Assembly: GCA_900617105.1 (NCBI GenBank)
Contig: UYFQ01000001.1
Span: 2,046,001-2,110,000 of the forward strand
Direction of reading: 5' to 3'
Source: Hydrurus foetidus
Taxonomy: Eukaryota
DNA length: 64,000 bases
Position numbers and translations under genes: made by a program. A model generated the notes under the pieces. The model did no database searches. It was not told the origin of the DNA and saw only the letters and a list, made by a program, of their open reading frames with translations. This document shows positions 20,020 through 32,748 of this stretch, piece by piece; the first letter of the stretch is position 1; each line of letters opens with the position of its first letter.

Positions 20020-20187
20020 TCAGGGCTTCTTGCTCTCCGCGGCTTGAGCTATTCGTTCTAGTAACTCCTCAACACGCCGACGGTGCGCACGAAGCTCAAA
20101 AATGCCAGATTTACTGACTAGCAACACGAGCCCAACGACGACGAGCAGAGTTTGAATTAGCGAAATAATGAATTCCAAATTAGTCAT
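20020..20187 (-). CDS. Small hypothetical membrane protein (55 aa)
   Basis: MTNLEFIISLIQTLLVVVGLVLLVSKSGIFELRAHRRRVEELLERIAQAAESKKP: one TM helix plus a charged helix, AT-richer DNA. Confidence 0.55.
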   Translation of the reverse strand: MTNLEFIISLIQTLLVVVGLVLLVSKSGIFELRAHRRRVEELLERIAQAAESKKP

Positions 20188-20336
20188 ACAAAAGCCGATG
20201 CAATACAAATCGTTAGGTGACGGTAAAAATGGATTACGGTAGCTGAGTCTAATGTTGAACTCGGCTGGTGGCATTTCCTGGACGCAAATTTAGACTCGTT
20301 TTCGTAACCCAATCCGCACCCATCAACCGCTACTGA

Positions 20337-20497
20337 GCGCGGCGATTGGGCCATGCGACCGGGCTTTGGGGTGAAAGGCGCGCGGTAGCGGTACTGACGA
20401 CCAAGCAAAAAAATGGCCAAGCGACAGCTTGACCCATTTTTCAGCCCCGCGTGTGTTTTCACCCCAAAACCGCACGCGCATGGCGCAGTCGCCTCGT
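20337..20497. repeat. Long imperfect palindromic element, copy B (direct repeat of A)
   Basis: Near-identical left arm GATTGGGCCATGCGACCGGGCTTTGGGGTGAAAGGCGCGCGGTAGC and the same inner stem. Confidence 0.85.
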
Positions 20498-20515
20498 GGT
20501 GGTTAAGCCGCTAAT

Positions 20516-20962
20516 TCAAGACTTCCCCGTAGACCCATACCCACCCTCCCCGCGCTCGCTTGCGGGGAAGTCTTGCACCACATTGAACTCAGCTTGCACC
20601 ACAGGCACGATCATCAGTTGAGCGATGCGCTCCATGGGTTCGATGGTGAAGGGCACGTCGCTGCGGTTCCAGGCGCTGACCATTAATTGGCCCTGATAAT
20701 CACTGTCGATCAAGCCCACCAGGTTGCCCAGCACGATGCCGTGCTTGTGACCGAGGCCTGAACGCGGCAGGATGAGCGCAGCGTAGCCAGGGTTGTGCAG
20801 GTAGATGGCGATGCCTGTGGGCACCAGCTGCCAGGCATTGGCGGCCAAGGTTAATGACCCGTCTAAACAAGCCCGCAAGTCCAGCCCCGCACTGCCAGGC
20901 GTAGCGTAGTTAGGCAGGTTGCCTTGCAGGCGCGGATCAATAATTTTGACGTCGATTTTCAT
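20516..20962 (-). CDS. dut: dUTP diphosphatase
   Basis: [22 protein letters not shown] and [10 protein letters not shown] motifs. Confidence 0.97.
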   Translation of the reverse strand: MKIDVKIIDPRLQGNLPNYATPGSAGLDLRACLDGSLTLAANAWQLVPTGIAIYLHNPGYAALILPRSGLGHKHGIVLGNLVGLIDSDYQGQLMVSAWNRSDVPFTIEPMERIAQLMIVPVVQAEFNVVQDFPASERGEGGYGSTGKS

Positions 20963-22239
20963 TTAACGATTGATGGTTTGTTAATACGGTTGGCAATTTC
21001 TTTGACCAGCTGCCGCGCCAGTGTGAGCTTGCTGGCTCTCGGCATTTCAGTTGCGCCGTGGCTGTCGACCAGCAGCAGCGCATTGTGGTCTTGGCCAAAG
21101 GTGTCGGGGCCGATGTTGCCGACCAGCAGCGGCACGTTTTTACGCAGGCGCTTGGCTTGGGCGTTTTCATGCAGGTCGTGGCTTTCTGCGGCAAAACCTA
21201 CACAAAACAATTTACCGCTGGTGGCGGCGGCTGATTGCGCAACGGTGGCCAAGATGTCCTGGTTCTCAGCAAACGCCAACTGCGGTGGCGAGCCAGAGCC
21301 GTCTTTTTTAATTTTTCGGCTGGCAAATGCTGCGGGCCGCCAGTCGGCCACAGCCGCAGTCGCTATAAATACAGTAGCTGCTTGCGCCCGATTAATAACG
21401 GCTTCAAGCATATTTGATGCTGATTTAACGTCGAATCTTGCAACCCCACGCGGTGTGGGCAAGCTGACTGGCCCAGCGACCAAAGTCACATCAGCGCCCG
21501 CCTCACGCGCAGCGCGTGCAATGGCAAAACCCATCTTGCCGCTTGATAAATTGGTAATGCCGCGCACCGGGTCAATGGCCTCGTAGGTGGGCCCCGCAGT
21601 CACCAGCACGTGCTGCCCGGCCAACACTTTGGGGGTGAAAAAAGAAATGATGTCTGCTAAAAGCTCAGCAGGCTCCAGCATGCGGCCGTCACCCGTTTCG
21701 CCGCAAGCCTGAAAGCCATTGCCCACACCCAGCACCGTTGCCCCGTCGCTTTGCAGTTGCACCAAGTTGCGCTGGGTAGCCGGGTGAGCGTACATTTCGC
21801 GGTTCATGGCGGGGGCCACCAACAGCGGCACGGTGTCAATCGGCCTGGCCAGGCACATCAAACTCAGCAATTCATCAGCCCGGCCGTGCAGCAGCTTGGC
21901 CAGGAAGTCGGCGCTGCAGGGGGCAATCAAAATAGCATCGGCTTCGCGCGACAAATTGATGTGCGCCATGTTGTTGGCTATTTCGCCGGTGGCGCGGCTG
22001 TCCCACTGGCTGGTAAACACCTGGCGGCCAGACAGGGCTTGCATCGTCACGGGCGTGATGAACTGCTCGGCTGCCTCAGTCATTACCACTTGCACCGTCG
22101 CCCCGGCTTTAATCAGCGCCCGGCACAACTCGGCTGCCTTGTAGCAGGCAATCCCGCCTGAAAGCCCCAAAACGATGTGCTTGCCACCCAGTGCCAGCGG
22201 CTCTGCAACATCAATACCAAAATCAAGATCGTTGTTCAT
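20959..22239 (-). CDS. coaBC: Phosphopantothenoylcysteine decarboxylase/ligase
   Basis: [41 protein letters not shown] and GFAAE motifs. Confidence 0.96.
   Translation of the reverse strand: MNNDLDFGIDVAEPLALGGKHIVLGLSGGIACYKAAELCRALIKAGATVQVVMTEAAEQFITPVTMQALSGRQVFTSQWDSRATGEIANNMAHINLSREADAILIAPCSADFLAKLLHGRADELLSLMCLARPIDTVPLLVAPAMNREMYAHPATQRNLVQLQSDGATVLGVGNGFQACGETGDGRMLEPAELLADIISFFTPKVLAGQHVLVTAGPTYEAIDPVRGITNLSSGKMGFAIARAAREAGADVTLVAGPVSLPTPRGVARFDVKSASNMLEAVINRAQAATVFIATAAVADWRPAAFASRKIKKDGSGSPPQLAFAENQDILATVAQSAAATSGKLFCVGFAAESHDLHENAQAKRLRKNVPLLVGNIGPDTFGQDHNALLLVDSHGATEMPRASKLTLARQLVKEIANRINKPSIVK
21362..21402 (+). repeat. 41-bp element, copy 6 (inside coaBC)
   Basis: GCTA-TAAATACAG-TAGC-TGCTTGC-GCCC-GATTAATAA-CGGC; the antisense frame encodes [14 protein letters not shown]. 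Confidence 0.9.
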
Positions 22240-22345
22240 GCCCGCAATGTATCAGTTTGCGCGATACGTATTGCGCGAAAAAGCGACCCCTTATAATCAA
22301 CATTTCCCACCTAAGCAGACGTTAGTCTGTGCCAACAACGACTAA

Positions 22346-24016
<1,671 letters not shown>

Positions 24017-24017
24017 T

Positions 24018-24881
24018 ATGAAGTTATGTGGGTTTGAAATCGGCCTTGACCAGCCGTTTTTTCTGATTGCCGGGCCGTGCGTGATTGAGTCTGAGCAGCT
24101 GCAAATGGACACCGCCGGTACGCTAAAAGAAATCACCGCCAGCCTTGGCATTCCGTTTATTTTCAAGTCCAGCTACGACAAGGCTAACCGCTCAAGCGGC
24201 ATGACGTTTCGGGGGCCGGGCATGGACAAAGGCCTTGAAATTTTGGCCAAGATTAAACGTGATCTAGGCGTACCGGTGATGACTGATGTGCATTCGGAAG
24301 CACACGTTGCGCAAGTCTCGGCCGTGGTCGACGTGCTGCAAACCCCGGCATTTTTGTGCCGGCAAACTGACTTTATTACGGCGGTGGCGCAATCGGGCAA
24401 GCCAGTCAATATTAAAAAAGGCCAGTTCTTGGCGCCCGGTGACATGAAAAATGTTATCGACAAAGCACGCGCAGCGGCGCGTGCCGCTGGCTTGAGCGAA
24501 GACCGTTTCATGGCCTGCGAGCGCGGTGCCAGTTTTGGCTACAACAACCTGGTGTCTGACATGCGCAGCCTGGCCATCATGCGTGAAACGCACGCACCCG
24601 TGGTGTTTGACGCAACCCATTCGGTGCAGCTACCGGGCGCTGGAAATGCGCAGGGCACCAGCAGTGGCGGCCAGCGCGAGATGGTGCCCGTACTGGCACG
24701 CGCGGCGGTTGCAGTTGGCGTGGCGGGCTTGTTTATGGAAACCCACCCAGACCCCAGCAAAGCCATGAGCGACGGCCCCAACGCCGTGCCGCTCAAGCAC
24801 ATGAAAGCGCTGCTAGAGACGTTGCTTGAACTTGACCGCATCACAAAGAAAAATGGCTTTCTTGAAAACAATTTCAACTGA
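24018..24881 (+). CDS. kdsA: 3-deoxy-8-phosphooctulonate synthase
   Basis: [21 protein letters not shown] and DATHSVQ motifs. Confidence 0.97.
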   Translation: MKLCGFEIGLDQPFFLIAGPCVIESEQLQMDTAGTLKEITASLGIPFIFKSSYDKANRSSGMTFRGPGMDKGLEILAKIKRDLGVPVMTDVHSEAHVAQVSAVVDVLQTPAFLCRQTDFITAVAQSGKPVNIKKGQFLAPGDMKNVIDKARAAARAAGLSEDRFMACERGASFGYNNLVSDMRSLAIMRETHAPVVFDATHSVQLPGAGNAQGTSSGGQREMVPVLARAAVAVGVAGLFMETHPDPSKAMSDGPNAVPLKHMKALLETLLELDRITKKNGFLENNFN

Positions 24882-24913
24882 TTGAACCCTTACCCACTGA
24901 ACTGAAAAACACC

Positions 24914-25207
24914 ATGACCGCAGCCTACATTCTTGTTGACTCCCAAGTGACCGACCCCGAGCAATTCAAACAATACGGGACCCTGGCGCCCGCAGCCGTG
25001 GCCGCTGCAGGTGGAGAATACCTGGCGCGCGGTGGCCGCAGTGAGGCACTGGAAGGCAACTGGAAACCGCCGCGCGTGACCGTGCTGCGTTTTCCAAGCT
25101 ACGACGCAGCAAAGGCTTTTTACGACAGCGCAGCTTACCAAGACGTTCGCAAGCACCGCGTGGGCGCTACCCACCACTTCAACATGGTGCTGGTTGAAGG
25201 TATCTAG
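24914..25207 (+). CDS. DUF1330 domain protein
   Basis: GGEYLARGG, LEG, FPS...FYDS pattern. Confidence 0.88.
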   Translation: MTAAYILVDSQVTDPEQFKQYGTLAPAAVAAAGGEYLARGGRSEALEGNWKPPRVTVLRFPSYDAAKAFYDSAAYQDVRKHRVGATHHFNMVLVEGI

Positions 25208-25256
25208 CAGTCTGTTTGGCAGGCCATGAATTTATTTGATTTACGAAAGACCCTAA

Positions 25257-26540
<1,284 letters not shown>

Positions 26541-26563
26541 TCTGACTTAGCCAAAACTGAACG

Positions 26564-26839
26564 ATGGCCAACAGAGTTGTTCCTGCCATTTTGATCGCGT
26601 TGCTGCTTGCCTTCCACGCCCAGTTGTGGATTGGCCGGGGCAGCATTCAAAATGTGCGGGACATGCAAAAAAGGCTGTCAGAGCAAACGGCCAACAACGT
26701 CAAATCTCAAGCAGCCAACACCCAGCTGGCAGCAGAGGTTAGAGACTTGAAAGAAGGCCTGGAAATGGTGGAAGAAAAAGCTCGCTCTGAGCTGGGTATG
26801 GTCAAACCCAACGAGATATTTATTCAAGTCAACCGCTAG
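26564..26839 (+). CDS. ftsB: Cell division protein FtsB (septum formation initiator)
   Basis: TM plus coiled coil, EEKARSELGMVKPNE; follows eno. Confidence 0.92.
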   Translation: MANRVVPAILIALLLAFHAQLWIGRGSIQNVRDMQKRLSEQTANNVKSQAANTQLAAEVRDLKEGLEMVEEKARSELGMVKPNEIFIQVNR

Positions 26840-26882
26840 CCCACTCAGCAAGCGGCAAGATTCAGGCGGTCACCAGCAAGCC

Positions 26883-27851
26883 TTATTGAACGGTTCCCGA
26901 CGGCGGCACTTGCTTACCGGCATCGGTAAAAATTTGCGCTGCATCGACCGGATCAAAGTCGTAAGACGCTCCGCAAAACTCGCAAGTTACGCCCACCGCG
27001 CCGCGCTCAGCAATAATGCTTTCAATTTCATCGGTACCGAGCCCGCGCAGCATATTGCTGACTCGCTCACGTGAGCAACTGCAGGCAAAGCTGGGCGCTA
27101 GTGGCTCAAAGCGCGTATGCGGCTCTTCCCAAAACAGGCGGTGCAAAATGGTATCAACATCAAGCGTCAACAGCTCTTCACGCTTGAGGGTTGACGCCAA
27201 AATAGAGATGCGTTTGTAGTCTTCGTTTTTACCAATTTCATCTTCATTGGCGTCGCGGTCAGTTTGCCCTTCCAGGTTGCCTTGGCCTTTGACTGGCAAG
27301 CGCTGAATCAGCAGCCCCGCCGCCACTTTGCCATCGGCAGCAAGAATCAATTTGGTGTCCAGCTGTTCGCTTTGCAGCATGTAGTGCTCCAGCACTTCGC
27401 TGATGTTTTCAATCTTCTCGCGGCTGTCGCCAAACAGCGGTACTACGCCTTGGTAAGCCTGCTGGCCAGGGAACTTGTCTTTAGGGTCAAGCGTGATCGC
27501 GCAGCGGCCTTCGTTGTTCACGTTCACCAGTTGGCTGAGTGTGCTGCCATGGTCCACCACGCCCGTTACTGTGGCGGTGGCGCGCAGACTCAAGTCAGGC
27601 TGCACCTCAGCCACCGCCAGCTTGACCGGGCCATCGCCAAAAATTTGCAGCACCAGCGCGCCATTAAATTTAATGTTGCTTTGCATCAGCGCGCCTGCAG
27701 CGGTCATTTCACCCAGCAAGTGCATCACCTCCACAGGGTAGCCGCCCGCGGCCTGGCGGCGCTTTAAAATTTCTTGCCAGGAGTCGGTCAAGCGCACCAG
27801 CATGCCGCGCACCGGCAAACCGTTAAATATGAATTTGTGAAGTTCGGACAT
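26883..27851 (-). CDS. hslO: Hsp33 redox chaperone
   Basis: QSEQL, CSCS and CEFC zinc motifs. Confidence 0.93.
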   Translation of the reverse strand: MSELHKFIFNGLPVRGMLVRLTDSWQEILKRRQAAGGYPVEVMHLLGEMTAAGALMQSNIKFNGALVLQIFGDGPVKLAVAEVQPDLSLRATATVTGVVDHGSTLSQLVNVNNEGRCAITLDPKDKFPGQQAYQGVVPLFGDSREKIENISEVLEHYMLQSEQLDTKLILAADGKVAAGLLIQRLPVKGQGNLEGQTDRDANEDEIGKNEDYKRISILASTLKREELLTLDVDTILHRLFWEEPHTRFEPLAPSFACSCSRERVSNMLRGLGTDEIESIIAERGAVGVTCEFCGASYDFDPVDAAQIFTDAGKQVPPSGTVQ

Positions 27852-27853
27852 TT

Positions 27854-28378
27854 TCAAGCCAGTTTTTTCAGCCCGCGTTTAAAGCGCTGCGCGTTTTCAA
27901 TATAAACCTTGGCGCTCATTTGCAGGCCTTCAATTTGTTCGGGCGACAACTGCCGCACTGCCTTTGCAGGGCTGCCGATAATCATGCAGCCGTCAGGGAA
28001 CTCTTTACCCTCTGTAACCAATGCGCCCGCGCCTACCAGGCAATTTTTGCCAATCACCGCGCCATTCAGCACTACCGCACCAATGCCGATCAAAGCGCCG
28101 TCGCCTATGGTGCAGCCGTGCAACGTGACCTGGTGGCCAATGGTGACGTTTTCGCCGAGTGTTAATGGCTTGCTGTAATCTGTGTGCAACACGCTGTTTT
28201 CTTGAATGTTGGTGCCGCGCCCGACGGTAATAAATTCGTTGTCGCCACGAATCACCGCGCCAAACCACACGCTGGAATCCTCACCCAGCACCACTTTGCC
28301 CATGACTTGGGCGCTTTCTGCGACCCAGGCGGTAGCGTGCAGGGCGGGGGTGACGTCGTCAAGTTGATAAACAGCCAT
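27854..28378 (-). CDS. Gamma carbonic anhydrase family (YrdA-like)
   Basis: Hexapeptide repeats, IRGD, GHQVTLHGC. Confidence 0.92.
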   Translation of the reverse strand: MAVYQLDDVTPALHATAWVAESAQVMGKVVLGEDSSVWFGAVIRGDNEFITVGRGTNIQENSVLHTDYSKPLTLGENVTIGHQVTLHGCTIGDGALIGIGAVVLNGAVIGKNCLVGAGALVTEGKEFPDGCMIIGSPAKAVRQLSPEQIEGLQMSAKVYIENAQRFKRGLKKLA

Positions 28379-28454
28379 AAATTTTGCTTGCGCAGTTCAA
28401 GTTGATATTGACCCGATTGTAGGGATCACAAGGCAAACCAGTGACAATTACGCT

Positions 28455-29276
28455 ATGCGCCTGTTTACCGACCCGCCAGAAATACGCCATTGGGCGCTAC
28501 AGGCCTTGATTGAGCCTGTTTTAGAAGAAAAAGTAGCCAAAACCCAATTAATATGGGCGCGAGCAGCTACGATATTAATAGCTGAAAAGGCGGATCTGCA
28601 AGCACCAATGGGTCTGCCCGGCTGCCCTGCTCGCCCAGAGCTGTGCGCCCATCTCGATGTTCCCAAACGTTCCCCGTTTACCCCTGCCGGGCTGGCAGCT
28701 TTGTTGCACGCCGTGACGCACATTGAATTCAACGCAATCAATTTGGCCCTTGATGCTATCTGGCGCTTTGCCAACATGCCGCGTGAGTACTACCTGGACT
28801 GGAGCAAAGTGGCGGCCGAGGAAGCGCATCATTTCAGCCTGCTGCGGGCGCACCTGCAGAGCATGGGGCATGACTATGGCGACTTCCCGGCCCACACTGG
28901 TTTGTGGGACATGACCCATAAAACCACTGGCGACGTACTGGCCCGCATGGCGCTGGTGCCGCGCACGCTGGAGGCGCGGGGCCTTGATGCAACGCCGCCC
29001 ATGCAGGCCAAGCTGCGCAAAGTGGGCACCCCCCATGCTTTGCGGGCAGTTGAAATTTTGGACGTTATTTTGCGCGACGAAATTACCCATGTGGCGATTG
29101 GCAACCACTGGTACCGTTACGTGTGCCAGCAGCGCGGGCTAGACCCCGTGGCCCACTATGCGGTGTTGGCCGCCCAGTACAGTGCACCTCGCATCAAGGG
29201 GCCGCTCAACCTCGATGCGCGCCGCCAGGCCGGCTTTGAAGCAGACGAGCTGGATTTGCTAAGTCACAGCGCCTAA
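28455..29276 (+). CDS. Ferritin-like DUF455 protein
   Basis: HAVTHIEFNAINLA, EEAHHF, LEARGLD and DEITHV motifs. Confidence 0.9.
   Translation: MRLFTDPPEIRHWALQALIEPVLEEKVAKTQLIWARAATILIAEKADLQAPMGLPGCPARPELCAHLDVPKRSPFTPAGLAALLHAVTHIEFNAINLALDAIWRFANMPREYYLDWSKVAAEEAHHFSLLRAHLQSMGHDYGDFPAHTGLWDMTHKTTGDVLARMALVPRTLEARGLDATPPMQAKLRKVGTPHALRAVEILDVILRDEITHVAIGNHWYRYVCQQRGLDPVAHYAVLAAQYSAPRIKGPLNLDARRQAGFEADELDLLSHSA
28542..28582 (-). repeat. 41-bp element, copy 7 (inside DUF455 CDS)
   Basis: ACCC-AATTAATAT-GGGC-GCGAGCA-GCTA-CGATATTAA-TAGC, encoding TQLIWARAATILIA. Confidence 0.9.
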
Positions 29277-29375
29277 GTTGTTAGCTCACGGCCTACAGCC
29301 GAAATAGACTTGCTCTGGCAACTATTGAAAGCAAGTCACGCATAGCCTTGGCCTGTAGTATTTACGGAGCTGCAA

Positions 29376-30629
29376 ATGCAATTGAATCTGGCTTCAAGTC
29401 TCAAGGCAGGCGCGGCATCTTGGCCTGCCGATATTGCTGTGCAATTGCCGCATGGCCTCCTGCTGGGCAATGCAAGCGCTCGGGTCAAGCTCACTTTTTC
29501 CAACTGGTCTGACATGGCGCGCTTGAAAGCGGGCCAAATTGGCGCTTTGGGCGAGGCCTATGTTGAGGGAAGCTTGCAGCTCGACGGCGCCATGCGCGAT
29601 GTGGTGCAAGCCGCTGGCAAATTAATGCAGCGCAGCCCCGTGCACGGTGACGCGACTTGGTGGTCAATGCTGCGCAGGCGGGCCCGGTCGCTGGCGGCGC
29701 ACACCGCTCGCAAAGACAGCGCGCAAGTGCAGTTTCATTACGATGTGTCTGATGCGTTTTACGCTTTGTGGTTAGACCCGCTGCGGGTTTATTCATGCGC
29801 TTACTACGCGCCGGAAAGCAGCAGCGACTGCACGCTGGCAGCCGCCCAAGAAGCCAAGCTGGACCATATCTGCCGCAAATTAATGCTGACACCCGGCGAG
29901 AAATTTTTAGACATCGGGTCGGGTTGGGGCGGCTTGCTGCTGTGGGCGGCCGAGCATTACGGGGTAGATGCCACCGGCGTCACGTTGTCAAAAAACCAGC
30001 ACGCGCATGTAGAAAAATTGATTGTGCAAAAAGGCCTGCAGCACAAGGTACGCGTGCAACTGCTGGACTACCGGAACATCGCCGAAACCGGGCAGACCTT
30101 TGACAAAATCGCATCAGTCGGCATGTTTGAGCATGTCGGCCAAGCGAACATGACGGCTTATTTTTCGACCATCATGCGCCTGTTGGTGCCCGGTGGGCTG
30201 GCCTTGAATCACGGCATCACGGCGGGCGGGCTGGACAACGCCCAGTTGGGCTCTGGTATGGGCGACTTTATTGAAAAATACATTTTTCCCGGGGGCGAGC
30301 TGCTGCATGTCAGCGCTATGGCTGCGCACCAGGCGCGCGCCGGGCTGGAGATGGTCGACGCCGAAAACCTGCGCCCGCACTATGCGCGCACGCTGTGGGA
30401 CTGGTCAGGCGCACTAGAAGAACAGCTGCCCGAGGCGCGTCGCTTGCTGGCGCTGAACACCAGCGCGGCGCAAGCCGAAAAAACGCTGCGCGCTTACCGT
30501 TTGTACCTGGCTGGCAGCGCGATGTGTTTTGAGCAAGGCTGGCTGTCATTGCACCAGTTGCTGGCCAGCAAGCCGCGCGGCAGTGCGCCAGTAGCCTATC
30601 CGTTCAACCGCAGTTATATGTATGGCTAA
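29376..30629 (+). CDS. Cyclopropane-fatty-acyl-phospholipid synthase family methyltransferase
   Basis: HYDVS, YSCAY, LDIGSGWG, SVGMFEHVG and YIFPGG motifs. Confidence 0.92.
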   Translation: MQLNLASSLKAGAASWPADIAVQLPHGLLLGNASARVKLTFSNWSDMARLKAGQIGALGEAYVEGSLQLDGAMRDVVQAAGKLMQRSPVHGDATWWSMLRRRARSLAAHTARKDSAQVQFHYDVSDAFYALWLDPLRVYSCAYYAPESSSDCTLAAAQEAKLDHICRKLMLTPGEKFLDIGSGWGGLLLWAAEHYGVDATGVTLSKNQHAHVEKLIVQKGLQHKVRVQLLDYRNIAETGQTFDKIASVGMFEHVGQANMTAYFSTIMRLLVPGGLALNHGITAGGLDNAQLGSGMGDFIEKYIFPGGELLHVSAMAAHQARAGLEMVDAENLRPHYARTLWDWSGALEEQLPEARRLLALNTSAAQAEKTLRAYRLYLAGSAMCFEQGWLSLHQLLASKPRGSAPVAYPFNRSYMYG

Positions 30630-30665
30630 TCGGCCAGTGCCTACAAACACGGCCTGCTAAACGCG

Positions 30666-31565
30666 TCACCCGCGCGGGTGGTTTTCTGCCAAAATTTTCT
30701 TGAGCCGGTCACGCGCGACATGGGTGTAAATCGTGGTGGTTGAGATATCGGCATGCCCCAGCAGCATTTGCACGGCGCGCAAATCTGCGCCGTGGTTAAG
30801 CAGGTGCGTGGCAAACGCGTGGCGCAGCGTGTGCGGCGACAGCGGCGAATGAATGCCCGCCAGCACCGCGTATTTTTTAATCAGCATCCAGAACATCACC
30901 CGGCTCATGCCGTGGCCCCGGCTGGTAACGAACAAATCATCGGTTTGCTGCCCACCCAAAATACTGCCGCGGCTACCCGCCAGGTAGTGATTGATGGCAT
31001 CACGTGCCACTTGGCCAAACGGCACAAAGCGCTCTTTGTTGCCCTTGCCGAATACGCGCAGCACGCCTTCATTCAAACTCACGTTAAAGGTTTTCAGGCC
31101 GACCAATTCGCTCACCCGCAAGCCACTGGCGTACAGCACTTCAAGCATGGCGCGGTCGCGCTGGCCCAGCGCCGTGTCTTCACTGGGCGCCGCCAGCAGC
31201 GCGTCAACCTGCGCCTCACTCATCACCTTGGGCACCCGCAGCGCCTGCTTGGCCGACTGCAGCTTCAGCGTGGGGTCAACAGTAATGAGGTGCTCGCGCA
31301 GCGTCCACGCAAAGTAGCGTTTTAAAACCGTCAGGCGGCGGTTGGCCGTGGTGGCTTTGGTGCTGCTGTGCCGCACCGCAAAGTAATCATTCAAGTCGGC
31401 TTCAAGCGTGCTGTTAAGGGGGCGCACTTTTTCAGTACCGCCCAGCCACACGGCGTACAAGCTCAAGTCGCGCCGGTACGCAGCCAGCGTGTTTTTACTC
31501 AAGCCGTCTTCCAGCCACAACGCATCAATAAAACTGTCGATGGCAGATTGGCTTTGGGCGTGCAT
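30666..31565 (-). CDS. xerD: Site-specific tyrosine recombinase XerD
   Basis: LWLEDGLSKNTLAAYRRDL, YASGLRVSEL, SPHTLRHAFATHLLNHGADLRAVQMLLGH, TTIYTH. Confidence 0.95.
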   Translation of the reverse strand: MHAQSQSAIDSFIDALWLEDGLSKNTLAAYRRDLSLYAVWLGGTEKVRPLNSTLEADLNDYFAVRHSSTKATTANRRLTVLKRYFAWTLREHLITVDPTLKLQSAKQALRVPKVMSEAQVDALLAAPSEDTALGQRDRAMLEVLYASGLRVSELVGLKTFNVSLNEGVLRVFGKGNKERFVPFGQVARDAINHYLAGSRGSILGGQQTDDLFVTSRGHGMSRVMFWMLIKKYAVLAGIHSPLSPHTLRHAFATHLLNHGADLRAVQMLLGHADISTTTIYTHVARDRLKKILAENHPRG

Positions 31566-31580
31566 GGCAATGACGATAAC

Positions 31581-31613
31581 AAAAAAAAGCCACCCTTTTT
31601 GAGTGGCTTTTTT
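31581..31613. terminator. Rho-independent terminator downstream of the Bug gene
   Basis: AAAAAAAAGCCAC...GTGGCTTTTTT. Confidence 0.8.
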
Positions 31614-31641
31614 AGATTATTTCTTAATCAGCCCGAAACGT

Positions 31642-32631
31642 TTATTCCAGCTTCAAGTTAGCGGTTTTCACCACGCCGCGGTACACGGCCAGCTCGTCTT
31701 TCATTTGCTGCGCAAACTGTTCAGGTGTGTTGCCCAGCACGATAGAGCCCGTGTCTTCAATGCGTTTGCGCACTGCCGGGTCGTCGAGCACCTTGCGCAT
31801 TGCAGAGTTGATTTTTTCGACCACATCGCGCGGCATGCCCTTGGGGCCTAGCAGCCCGTAGTACGCCATGCGGTTTACGGGCTCCAGGCCCAGCTCTTTA
31901 AAAGTGGGCACATCGGGCAAGGCGGCCAAACGCTGCGGTGCCGCTACCGCCATGGCAACCAGCCGTTTACCGGCAAAGTGCGGCAAAGCCGACGGCACGT
32001 TGTCAAAAATAATTTCGACCTGGCCGCCCACCGTGTCGCGCAGGGCCGGGCCGGCGCCGCTGTACGGAATGTGCGTAACAAAAACACCCGCCAAGCCCTT
32101 CCACAGCTCGGTTTGCAAGTGCCCAATGCCGCCCGTGCCCGATGACGAATACGAATATTTGCCCGGCGATTTTTTCAGTACCGCCACAAACTCTTTGTAG
32201 TTGGTGGCCGGAAATTTCGGGTTCACGGCAATCACATTGGGCGTAGCTGCAATGTTGATGAGGGGAGTGAAGTCGGTTTCTACGTTGTACGGCATTTTCG
32301 GGTTGATGGCTGGGTTGGCCGCCGTTGTAGACACCGTGGCCATACCAAGTGAATAACCGTCTGGCGCAGCACGCGCGGTTTCAGCCGCGCCAATGATGCC
32401 GCCGCCGCCGCCCTTGTTGACCACCACCACCGACTGCCCCAGCGCCCTGCCCAGGGGTTCGGCGACGATGCGGGCCACCAAGTCGGTCGTGCCACCCGGC
32501 GCAAAAGGAACCAGCAGCGTGATGGGTTTGTTAGGAAACCCTTGGGCCAGTGCAGCGCCGGGCGCTACTGCGCAGGCCAAAATGCTCGCAACTGAAACCA
32601 CAGACAATGCAGAAAAATAGCGACGCTGCAT
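31642..32631 (-). CDS. Tripartite tricarboxylate transporter substrate-binding protein (Bug/TctC family)
   Basis: FPNKPITLLVPFAPGGTTD, HIPYSG and PDVPTFKE motifs. Confidence 0.93.
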   Translation of the reverse strand: MQRRYFSALSVVSVASILACAVAPGAALAQGFPNKPITLLVPFAPGGTTDLVARIVAEPLGRALGQSVVVVNKGGGGGIIGAAETARAAPDGYSLGMATVSTTAANPAINPKMPYNVETDFTPLINIAATPNVIAVNPKFPATNYKEFVAVLKKSPGKYSYSSSGTGGIGHLQTELWKGLAGVFVTHIPYSGAGPALRDTVGGQVEIIFDNVPSALPHFAGKRLVAMAVAAPQRLAALPDVPTFKELGLEPVNRMAYYGLLGPKGMPRDVVEKINSAMRKVLDDPAVRKRIEDTGSIVLGNTPEQFAQQMKDELAVYRGVVKTANLKLE

Positions 32632-32748
32632 AACAAAATCCTCCGAAAAATTGGGGTGAAATCAACAGACTTGCACTATTGCTTAACAAGCGCCCAAAGC
32701 AAAGCGGAATAACCCGAGGCAGGCAATTTTTAAGGTTATTCTTAAAGC

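Noticed and set aside
19819..20508. Palindromic pair as integron attC sites
   Set aside because: Only one end fits RYYYAAC/GTTRRRY (GTTAAGC at 20502). The partner boxes do not match, the length is atypical, and there is no intI in the window.
30666..31565. Tyrosine recombinase as a phage/island integrase
   Set aside because: The sequence is canonical housekeeping XerD in a core-gene context.
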